From the NCBI GenBank assembly GCA_044229145.1, contig JBGATO010000003.1:98359-113920 (forward strand): 15,562 bases of DNA, in the 5' to 3' direction. Below the pieces are notes generated by a model that did not search any database, was not told where the DNA came from, and worked only from the letters and a program-made list of their open reading frames with translations. Position numbers and translations under genes: made by a program. The DNA is from Candidatus Eiseniibacteriota bacterium (lineage in GTDB: Bacteria; Eisenbacteria; RBG-16-71-46; CAZEPH01). Shown piece after piece: positions 5,812-15,562 of the stretch. The stretch's first letter is position 1, and each line of letters begins with the position of its first letter.

Positions 5812-7221
5812 ATGTTCGCCAGCCAGATCGCTTCCGTCGCGCGCCGCGCCGCCCTCGCCGCAGTCTCCCTGGCGGCTCTCGCGTCGTCCGTCCACGCCGC
5901 CGTGGGATCGCACTCGTCGATCGCGGTGATCGGTGGCACCAACTTCATCTCCTACTACGACATCGGCAACGCCAACCTGCTCTACCGCGAAGGGGCGCCG
6001 GGCGCTTGGGCCGGCGTGATGGTGGTCGATGCGCCGGGCAGCGTCGGCCAGTACACCTCGGTCAAGGTGGCCAGCCCGACCGACCGCCACATCAGCTACT
6101 ACGACGCCACGAACGGCAATCTGAAGTACGCGCACGGCGTCGGCGCGTGGCCGCCGGCCTGGGCGGTCGCCGTCATCGACGCCCCAGGCAACGTCGGGTT
6201 GTACTCGTCGCTCGCGCTCAACCCGGTCACCGGGAACCCGGCGATCGCCTACTACGACGCCAGCAACGGCAACCTGAAGCTCGCCGAATTCGGCGGCGGC
6301 GCGTGGGCGCTCGCGGTGGTGGATGCGCCAGGCAACGTCGGCCAGTACTGCTCGCTGGCGTTCGACCCGGCGGGCAACCCGCAGATCGCCTACTACGACG
6401 TCACCAACTCGGCGCTGAAGTACGCGACGCGGGTGGCCGGCGCGTGGGTGATTGCCACCCTCGACGCGCCGGGCGTGGTCGGCCAGTACACCAGCATCGT
6501 CGACATCGCGGGTCTACCGCGCATCGCCTACTACGACGCGACGAACACCAACCTGAAGTTCGCGTCGCTGAGTCCGGCCGGCGTGTGGACGCTGGCCATG
6601 CTGGATGGCGGCGGGTTCGCCTGCGGGCAGTTCACCTCGATCGGCGCGACGCCGCTCGGCGACTGCCGGATCGCCTACTACGACGCCACCGGCACGCGGC
6701 TGCGGGCCATCTCGCAAGTGGCGGGGGTGTGGGGAGCGCCGGTCGTCATCGACCCGGGTCCGAACGTCGGGCAGTTCACCGCGCTGGCGTGTGATGGGGG
6801 CGGTGACGCCAACGTGACCTACTACCGTGCGGGTGGGGCGGACGACCTGATGTTCGTCGAGCAGGCGGCGGGCGTGTGGGGTCTGCCGTGGGTGGCAGAT
6901 GCCGCGGCGCCGGTGCGCGGCGGGTCAGCGATGCAGACCACGTCGGTGGGGTCGCAGCGTCCGTCGGTTCCGAGCCTGGCGGTGCGCGCGATGGACAACG
7001 AGCTGCAGGTGTCGCTGGCGCTGCCGGAAGCGGCCACCGTCGATCTCGTGCTCCTCGATGTGGCGGGTCGCGTCGCGGCGCAACGGGCGGCCGAGCACTT
7101 GGAGGCCGGCACGCACGCGATGTCGTTCGACACACACAGCCTGGCGCGCGGTGGCTACATCGTGCTGGCGCGCGGGGGCGGGGCGACGCTGGCAACGGCC
7201 CGCACCGTCGTGATGCGGTAA
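5812..7221 (+). CDS. Secreted 7-repeat beta-propeller protein with C-terminal T9SS type A/FlgD-Ig-like domain
   Basis: SD GGAGG at 5800-5804. Signal peptide ending SSVHA. Seven repeats of about 47-50 aa (VGQYTSxA...IAYYDxxNxNLKxA...W....DAPG). C-terminal 'VSLALPEAATVDLVLLDVAGRVAA....LEAGTH..SFD..SLARGGYIV....RTVVMR'. Confidence 0.85.
   Translation: MFASQIASVARRAALAAVSLAALASSVHAAVGSHSSIAVIGGTNFISYYDIGNANLLYREGAPGAWAGVMVVDAPGSVGQYTSVKVASPTDRHISYYDATNGNLKYAHGVGAWPPAWAVAVIDAPGNVGLYSSLALNPVTGNPAIAYYDASNGNLKLAEFGGGAWALAVVDAPGNVGQYCSLAFDPAGNPQIAYYDVTNSALKYATRVAGAWVIATLDAPGVVGQYTSIVDIAGLPRIAYYDATNTNLKFASLSPAGVWTLAMLDGGGFACGQFTSIGATPLGDCRIAYYDATGTRLRAISQVAGVWGAPVVIDPGPNVGQFTALACDGGGDANVTYYRAGGADDLMFVEQAAGVWGLPWVADAAAPVRGGSAMQTTSVGSQRPSVPSLAVRAMDNELQVSLALPEAATVDLVLLDVAGRVAAQRAAEHLEAGTHAMSFDTHSLARGGYIVLARGGGATLATARTVVMR
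5899..6906 (+). repeat. Seven degenerate intragenic repeats (about 140-150 nt) encoding propeller blades
   Basis: Recurrent 'atcgcctactacgac' and 'ggccagtac' DNA words, and YY(D/R) seven times at regular spacing. Confidence 0.85.
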
Positions 7222-7249
7222 GGGAAGGGGAGTCCCCCCGCATCGAATC

Positions 7250-7279
7250 GGAGGCCCGGGCGGCAACGTCCGGGCCTCC
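7250..7279 (+). terminator. 13-bp hairpin with GCAA tetraloop between convergent genes
   Basis: GGAGGCCCGGGCG-GCAA-CGTCCGGGCCTCC (one G-U pair, GNRA loop) between the stops at 7221 and 7288. No clear U-tract. Confidence 0.65.
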
Positions 7280-7287
7280 TCGCGTGC

Positions 7288-9200
7288 CTAGTCCGCCAAC
7301 ACCACGCGGTCGAGGCGCAGCAGTTCCCCGAGCGACCACGCCTGGAACGGGCAGCCGTGCGTGAGTTGCGGCTCGTCGCCGTCGGCGATTTCGCTGACGT
7401 GGCCGAGGCCGTCCTCGTCGAGATGGGCGAACAGCGGCGCGAGGAAGCGGCGGCGAGCCTCGGCGCGTGCGGCGGCGGAGTTGCCGCGCACGCCGACCCA
7501 CGCTTCGACGAACGGCCCGAGCAGCCAGGGCCACGCGGTGCCTTGGTGATAGGCGGCGTCGCGCGCGGCCGCATCGCCGCCGTAGCGGCCGACGTAGCCG
7601 GGATCGCCAGGCGCCAGCGTGCGCAACCCGAGTGGCGTCCACAACTCGCGCTCCACCGCGTCCACCACGGCGAGCGCGCGCGTGCCTTCGAGGAGCGGAA
7701 ACGGCAAGCCGCCGACCGCGAAGATCTGATTGGGCCGCAGCGCCGCGTCGGTCTGTCCCGCGACGTGATCGACATCGACGACGTCGAATAAACAGCGGCG
7801 GTGTGGGTTCCAGAAGCGGTCGGTGAAGGCGGCGGTGGCCAGTGCCGCGAGATCGGCGCGCGAGCGTTCCCACGTCGCGACGATGCGCAGTGCGTTGATC
7901 CACAGCGCTTGGATCTCGACCGGCTTGCCAGTGCGCGGCGTGATGACGTGCTCGCCGACCTTGGCGTCCATCCATGTCAATTGCACGCCGGGCGCGCCGC
8001 ATGCGAGCAGGCCGTCGACATCGGCGTGGATGCCGTAGCGCGTGCCGGTGGCGTAGCCGTGCACGATGGCCGCGCAGGCGTCGCGCAGGCGGTCGGCCTC
8101 GCGGTTTGGCACGCGCTCGCCGGCAATCGCGCGCGCCGCGAGATACTCGTGTGCCGCGACGATGAACCACAGCGACGCGTCGACGGCGTTGTACTCGGGC
8201 GCACCGCCGCCGTCGGGGAATCGGTTCGGCAACATGCCCTCGCTCACCGCGCCGGCCCATTCGCCCAGGATCGCGCCGGCGTCATCGAGCCGCCCGGTGG
8301 CGAGGCACAACCCGCGCAGGGCGATGAAGGTGTCGCGTCCCCAGTCGGTGAACCACGGATAGCCGGCGAGCAACGTGCGGCCGCTGCCCCGCGCGACGAT
8401 GTAAGCGCCAGCGGCGCGCGCGAGCGTGTCGGGAGCGCGGCGCCGCGCGCGTTCGTGCCGCAGGACCGCGGCAGCTTGGGTGCGAGCATTGGCCGCGTCC
8501 GCGTCGCCCGCGCTGAACACGCACAGGGCGGCGCCCGCCGCGAGATCGAACGTCAACGCGCCTGGGGCGAGCAGGTCTTCGCTATCCGGCAGGCCGCGCT
8601 CGCGTTCGACGGTGTAGAGGAAGCCGCGATACCAGTACGGTTCGGCGCGATAGACGCCGGTGTGCACGCAGTGGATCGCCGGCAGGGTGTCGTAGGGCTG
8701 CCAGGAGACGCGGTCATTCGCGCGCGCGATCTCGCTCACCCGGCAGTCGTCGTTCTCGACGTGTAAGACGTGCGGATCGCGGCCGGAGATCAGTGGCCGC
8801 AGTTCGAGAGACACGTCGCCCGTCGCGCGCACCGCGCGCCACATCGCGACGACGCGGCCGCCGCCGTGTTCGACGACGAGTGAATGCGCGAGCTGCGTGC
8901 CATCCGGCAGGTCGATCAGCCAGCGCGGCCAGGGATCGGCGCGGAAGGCGGCGAGGCGCACGCCCTCGTCGGCGAGCAAGACGTCGGGGAGATACCGTTG
9001 CGGCGTGAGCCGGAAGCGGCCGGCCGCGGTCTCGGCGAACGCTTCGCAGCCGTGGACGAGCAGCCACCGCTCGGTCGGCGGCGTGACGGCGGCGAGCAGC
9101 CAGCCGTGATAGCGCCGCGTGCGCGGTCCCCACAGCGGGCCGGACGCGAAGCCGCCGCGTCCGTCGGGCTCCAACCATTCGCGGCGGTCGCGCAGTGCGA

Positions 9201-9204
<4 letters not shown>
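7288..9204 (-). CDS. Amylo-alpha-1,6-glucosidase / glycogen debranching enzyme (GDE_N + GDE_C, GH133-like)
   Basis: REWLEPDGRGGFASG...TRRYHGWLLAA at the N-terminus; LAGYPWFTDWGRDTFIALRGL, GMLPNRFPD, YNAVDASLWF, QLTWMDAKV, PRTGKPVEIQALW, LRPNQIFA, AYHQGTAWPWLLG, SEIADG, GCPFQAWS. The start overlaps the GH63 stop (ATGA). Confidence 0.93.
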
Positions 9205-11954
<2,750 letters not shown>

Positions 11955-12058
11955 GTCCGTCTCCTGCGGAGGGCGGGGCAAACCGTCGCGGGGGTCCGTC
12001 CCCGCGCATCCGTTAGGTTGTCGGCCTTCGTGTCCCGCGGCTGCACCGCCGCGTGCGC

Positions 12059-12325
12059 CTACCGGCCGTCGTGCATCTCGCGCGCCGCGCGCTCGACCGC
12101 CGCGCGCACGTGGTCGACCACCGTGGGCGCGAGATCGACATGGGCGAGTTTGGCGCGCAACGCATCGAGCACGCCTTCCTCGAAGCGGTACTCGCGGGCG
12201 CAGACGACGCAGACGGCGAGATGCTCTCGCACCGCTGCCATCTCCTCGGCGGACAACGAGCGGTCGAGAAATGCGTCGAGACGCGCGAACGTCTCCTGGC
12301 ACGTGAACGGATCGAGAGGGGTCAT
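12059..12325 (-). CDS. Zinc-binding anti-sigma factor (zf-HC2/ZAS, RsrA/RshA-like, soluble), 88 aa
   Basis: ATG at 12325 overlaps the sigma stop (ATGA). MTPLDPFTCQETFARLDAFLDRSLSAEEMAAVREHLAVCVVC gives C9-x25-H35-x3-C39-x2-C42. No transmembrane segment. Confidence 0.9.
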   Translation of the reverse strand: MTPLDPFTCQETFARLDAFLDRSLSAEEMAAVREHLAVCVVCAREYRFEEGVLDALRAKLAHVDLAPTVVDHVRAAVERAAREMHDGR

Positions 12326-12921
12326 GCGGGCTCCTGCGGATCGGACATGCGGACGACTGGGACGACGCCGGCCTCCACCGCGACATCCCAGAGGTGCTTC
12401 TGCAGCAGACGCCGCGCGCGGTGCAAACGCGAGCGCACGGTACCCACCGGCACCGCCAGTGCCGCGGCGATGTCCTCGTAGCTCAGGTCGTCGAGGAAGA
12501 ACAACGTCGCCACCACACGGAAGTCCTCGGGGAGCGAGTCGAGCGCCCGCTCGACGTGCGAGGCGTCGATGCGGCTCACGATCGTCGAGGCCGGATCGGC
12601 ATCGCTCCCCATCAGTCCCGTCTCGGCCGCGCGGTCGAACAGGTAGAGTTGCGCCACGTCGTCGATCTCCACCGTCTCCGGGCGCCGCGTGCGCTTGCGA
12701 TGTTCGGCGTAGAACGCGTGCGTCAAGATAGTGAAGAACCACGCGGCGAAACGGGTTCCCGGCTGAAACGTGTGGAAGGCGCGGAACGCGTGATAGGCTG
12801 CCTCCTGCACCAGGTCGTCGGCATCGCTGGCGTTGCGCGTCAGGCGCAGGGCCGTCCGATGCGCGGCCGGCAACAGGGGCTCCAACAAGGCGAGAAACTC
12901 GGCGGTCGGCGGCGCGGTCAT
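12322..12921 (-). CDS. ECF sigma-70 family RNA polymerase sigma factor (SigR/SigH-like)
   Basis: Region 2: ALRLTRNASDADDLVQEA...FQPGTRFAAWFFTIL. Region 4: ALDSLPEDFR....FLDDLSYEDIAAALAVPVGTVRSRLHRARRLLQKHLWD. Coupled to the ZAS anti-sigma gene. Confidence 0.93.
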   Translation of the reverse strand: MTAPPTAEFLALLEPLLPAAHRTALRLTRNASDADDLVQEAAYHAFRAFHTFQPGTRFAAWFFTILTHAFYAEHRKRTRRPETVEIDDVAQLYLFDRAAETGLMGSDADPASTIVSRIDASHVERALDSLPEDFRVVATLFFLDDLSYEDIAAALAVPVGTVRSRLHRARRLLQKHLWDVAVEAGVVPVVRMSDPQEPA

Positions 12922-12928
12922 GCGCGGC

Positions 12929-12958
12929 AGGATACGCGCCGCGACACGCCGCGGTCTA
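12929..12958 (-). promoter_or_regulatory. Candidate sigma70-type promoter giving a leaderless ECF sigma transcript
   Basis: Minus strand reads TAGACC(12958-12953)-N18-TATCCT(12934-12929)-7 nt-ATG(12921). There is no SD upstream of the ATG. Confidence 0.45.
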
Positions 12959-12972
12959 CGCCGCGCACGACG

Positions 12973-13602
12973 CTACCGCCACAGCCGCTTGAGCGCCCCC
13001 CACGTCGACGGCCGGGCGGGCGTCGAGACGTCCTCGACGGTGACCCGCAGGTCGTCGAACAACGCATCCGTCGAGATGCCGCCGGCACGGCTGCCGAGCA
13101 GCCGGACGCGAATCGTCCGAGTGCCCGTCGGCACTGTCCGCTGATGCGACACCGGGACGTAGGTGTTGGTCGGCGTAATGTTCCCGGAGTCGTGGCTCGC
13201 CAGCACGCTGCCGTTACCGGTACGGTACTCTACGATGATGCGTGCATAGTCCGTCGAGCCGGTGGCGGAGTTGCTGCGGCCGATGCCGGAGAATTGCGCC
13301 GTGACGCTGCCTGCGTCGATGCCGGCCGCGTACGCAGTCACGTCGACGTCCTGCGCGATCTCGTTCGTGTAGGCGCCGGTCGGGCCGGTGACGCCGGCCC
13401 AGAACGAGAAGGCTCCTTCGTACACGGGGAAATTGGAGGTGCCATCATAGACGTGGAATCCGTGCCCGAGGACGTCGGTCCATCCATTGGTGCCGCCGGA
13501 CTCGGCGTCCGGGTTGAGCAGCAGGTTGGGGGAGGGGGCGGCCGTGGCGGCCGCCGCGATTACCAAGAATGTGACGACAGCCGGAAAGGTGTGCAAACGC
13601 AT
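12973..13602 (-). CDS. Secreted jelly-roll (galactose-binding-like/FBA-like) domain protein with C-terminal TWGxxK tail
   Basis: SD AAAGGA. Signal peptide MRLHTFPAVVTFLVIAAAATA. Domain NLLLNPDAESG...GW...IAQDVDV....GIDAG...VPTGTRTIRVRL....DALFDDLRV. Ends VSTPARPSTWGALKRLWR. Confidence 0.82.
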   Translation of the reverse strand: MRLHTFPAVVTFLVIAAAATAAPSPNLLLNPDAESGGTNGWTDVLGHGFHVYDGTSNFPVYEGAFSFWAGVTGPTGAYTNEIAQDVDVTAYAAGIDAGSVTAQFSGIGRSNSATGSTDYARIIVEYRTGNGSVLASHDSGNITPTNTYVPVSHQRTVPTGTRTIRVRLLGSRAGGISTDALFDDLRVTVEDVSTPARPSTWGALKRLWR

Positions 13603-13651
13603 GGGTGCAATCCTTTATGAGTGGGATGAAAGTCGCGGATGCGTACGAATC

Positions 13652-13681
13652 AGTGTATCGGGGCAGGTGATCGAGGTGCAA
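13652..13681 (-). promoter_or_regulatory. Candidate sigma70 promoter for the 13602 gene
   Basis: Minus strand reads TTGCAC(13681-13676)-N18-TACACT(13657-13652) in a locally AT-richer divergent intergenic region. Confidence 0.4.
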
Positions 13682-13731
13682 GTAACTTGGCTCCGGGGAT
13701 CCGGAGTGTGCGGCATGCCGGGAGGTGCACG

Positions 13732-14349
13732 ATGAGAGTGCATGCGTGGTGGATCGCGGCGAGCGTACTCGTCGGGCCGGCGGGAGTTGCACATGCGGCG
13801 AGTCCGCATCCGGGGCTCACGTTCGCCAGCGTCGTCGAAGGCGATGCCTCCGACGCCGGCGACTGCATCGGGCTGCTCGGTGCTGTGCGCCTGCCGATCG
13901 GCCCGGTGTTCGCCCTGGTGCCGACGGGCGTCGTCGGGTGGGGCCGCTCGACCGACTACACCGAAGCGCGTCACGACACGCTGTCGGCATGGGATCTTGG
14001 CGTGCTCGCGCAGCTCACGTTCGCGCCGCGCCACACCGTCTCGCCGTTCGTGCAGGCGGGGCTCGGCACCCGGCGGCTGCACCGGCGCTACAACTACCAG
14101 GCCGGCGACCCGCTCGTGGCCTACGCCGATACGCGGCGCCGCGAGACCTACGTGATGGCGGGCCTCGGTGTCGATGTGCGGGTGAACGGACCGTGGCGCG
14201 TCAGCGGTTGGGTGGGCGGTGCGGTGGGCGGGCAATCGACCACCGGGCGGAGCGAGGTCCCCGGTGTCGCGACCTACGATCTCGGCGGCGACGGCGACTT
14301 CGTCGCGTTCGGCCGCGCCGCGCTCGGCGTCACGTATCGCCGCGACTGA
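13732..14349 (+). CDS. Small outer-membrane beta-barrel protein (OmpA/OmpW/PorT-like, probably 8 strands)
   Basis: ATG at 13732 with SD GGAGG (13721-13725). Signal peptide ending VAHA. Amphipathic strands SPFVQAGLG, YVMAGLGVDVRV, PWRVSGWVG and terminal AALGVTYR. 205 aa. Confidence 0.75.
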   Translation: MRVHAWWIAASVLVGPAGVAHAASPHPGLTFASVVEGDASDAGDCIGLLGAVRLPIGPVFALVPTGVVGWGRSTDYTEARHDTLSAWDLGVLAQLTFAPRHTVSPFVQAGLGTRRLHRRYNYQAGDPLVAYADTRRRETYVMAGLGVDVRVNGPWRVSGWVGGAVGGQSTTGRSEVPGVATYDLGGDGDFVAFGRAALGVTYRRD

Positions 14350-14587
14350 CGCGGCCTCACGGTACCGCGGGGCGACGATGGCGGCAGGCGCGCCCGCCTC
14401 GGGAGTCGCCCGGCCGTGGAGCGATTCGGCGAACTTGACCTGCCGTGCCCACGGCGCAGACTCACCCTTTCGGCGCGTTCCCTGATCAGCGTCCGGCCAC
14501 GCCAACGATTCGCCATCGCCCGCGCCGCCGCAGTTCTCGCCTCCCCATCGGCATGACATCGCGCATCTCGCTCTCGAGGATCCTGCC

Positions 14588-15562
14588 ATGTTTGCCTCGA
14601 TCGCCGTCGTTCGCGGCGCCCGCGCGCGCCGCTCCTCGCTGACGTTTACCGTGGCCGCGATGTGCGGCGCGGTCCTCTGTGCATCGACCGCTCGCGCCAG
14701 CACCTCGGTGTCGGGCGCGCAGTCCGGGCACTGGACGGTCGCCGGCAGCCCGTACGTCATGACCGGCAGCGTCCACGTCGCCTCCGGTCAAACGCTCACC
14801 CTCGATGCTGGCGTGCAGGTGCAGGCAGCCGGCAACTGGCAGTTTCTCGTCGACGGCACGCTGATCGCGAACGGCACTGCGGCGCAGAACGTCGTGTTCA
14901 CCACGTCGAATCCGCTGCCGGCGCCCGGGCAGTGGCAGGGACTGGTGCTCAACAACGCCAGCACGGTGGCACTGACCTCCACGCGCGTCCGCTTCGCCGG
15001 CAATGGCATGACGGCCGCGGTCGTCACGACGTACGGCACCATTGGATCGGTGACGTGGAATGGCGGTGGCGTCGACTCATCCGCCTCCGCCGGCATTCAC
15101 GTGGTCGCAAGCGCCGCGAGCTTCAAGAACCTCACACTGCATCGCAACGACGGCGATGGCCTGTGGGTGTCTCCCTGGGTGTTGACCTTGGATTCGCTCA
15201 CTGCCACCAGCAACACCGGCACCGCCTTCGTGGTGCCGACCGCGTGTGCATCGGTGGGCGTGTTGGCCGGCAGCGGCAACGGCCGCAACGGCTGCTCGAT
15301 CAGCGGCAACCTCGGTGGCGGCACCGCGCGCCGGCAGTTCGTGTGGGCGGCGAACGCGGCGGTGCCGTATCTGCTCGGCAACGCGTGGGTGAACGCCGGG
15401 GACACGCTGGCGGTGCAGGGCGGGGCCATCATCAAGGCGTTGGCCAGCAACAGCACACTCAGCGTCGACGGCAAACTCTTCCTGCAGGGCACCGCAGTCG
15501 CGCCGGTCTGGGTGACCTCACTGAAGGACGACACACATGGCGGCGACAGCAACAACGATGGG
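14588..15562 (+). CDS. Large secreted/surface protein with right-handed beta-helix-type repeats (5' part; runs off the right edge)
   Basis: Not in the ORF track because it has no stop in the window. SD GAGGA at 14576-14580, ATG at 14588, 325 open codons: MFASIAVVRGARARRSSLTFTVAAMCGAVLCASTARA-STSVSGAQSGHWTVAGSPYVMTGSVHVASGQTLTLDAGVQV...VDGTLIANGTAAQNVVFT...PGQWQGL...VPYLLGNAWVNAGDTLAVQGGAIIK...VDGKLFLQGTAVAPVWVTSLKDDTHGGDSNNDG. Confidence 0.85.
   Translation, partial: MFASIAVVRGARARRSSLTFTVAAMCGAVLCASTARASTSVSGAQSGHWTVAGSPYVMTGSVHVASGQTLTLDAGVQVQAAGNWQFLVDGTLIANGTAAQNVVFTTSNPLPAPGQWQGLVLNNASTVALTSTRVRFAGNGMTAAVVTTYGTIGSVTWNGGGVDSSASAGIHVVASAASFKNLTLHRNDGDGLWVSPWVLTLDSLTATSNTGTAFVVPTACASVGVLAGSGNGRNGCSISGNLGGGTARRQFVWAANAAVPYLLGNAWVNAGDTLAVQGGAIIKALASNSTLSVDGKLFLQGTAVAPVWVTSLKDDTHGGDSNNDG

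Noticed and set aside
5638..6135. 166-aa N-terminal extension of the pcm ORF
   Set aside because: Partly antisense to the propeller gene. The SD-supported ATG at 5637 fits the normal PCM start.
5899..6906. Regularly spaced DNA repeats as a CRISPR array or DGR template/variable repeat
   Set aside because: The repeats are degenerate, in frame and vary at synonymous positions, so they are protein repeats. No cas or reverse transcriptase gene is present.
11955..12742. Extensions of GH63 to 12386 and of the anti-sigma to 12742
   Set aside because: They overlap the anti-sigma and sigma genes in other frames. The SD-supported start at 11954 and the ATGA-coupled start at 12325 are better.
14347..14420. 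Selenocysteine or readthrough at the OMP TGA followed by a hairpin
   Set aside because: The TGA falls right after the last predicted barrel strand, the downstream translation is not protein-like, and there is no redox motif context.
13615..15555. Minus-strand ORFs 13615..14760, 14788..15096 and 15097..15555
   Set aside because: Antisense to the OMP and beta-helix genes, which have SD sequences, signal peptides and recognisable motifs.

Overview
High-GC bacterial chromosomal segment with about 16 supportable protein-coding genes. I see no rRNA, tRNA, CRISPR array or mobile element. Left to right: (1) the start of an Rnf electron-transport operon on the minus strand (Tat-exported ApbE flavin transferase coupled to rnfC/rsxC, which runs off the left edge), with a divergent single-cluster ferredoxin; (2) a membrane protein divergent from a TetR regulator; (3) a minus-strand unit in which protein-L-isoaspartate methyltransferase (pcm) reads in frame into a VOC/glyoxalase domain, followed by an NAD-dependent epimerase/SDR; (4) a secreted 7-repeat beta-propeller protein with a T9SS-A/FlgD-like C-terminal domain; (5) a SigR/SigH-like ECF sigma factor and RsrA-like zinc anti-sigma upstream of a GH63 glucosidase and an amylo-alpha-1,6-glucosidase; (6) a cluster of exported proteins: a small jelly-roll protein ending in 'PARPSTWGALKRLWR', a small outer-membrane beta-barrel, and a beta-helix surface protein truncated at the right edge. 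The C-terminal tails suggest a diderm lineage such as Ca. Eisenbacteria or Krumholzibacteriota (inference). The most notable unexplained signals are a near-perfect three-way-junction structure filling the apbE-rnf leader behind an ECF-like promoter, the pcm-VOC fusion with an intergenic-looking linker, and the short TWG..K C-terminal tail. All assignments come from reading motifs by eye; no searches were run.
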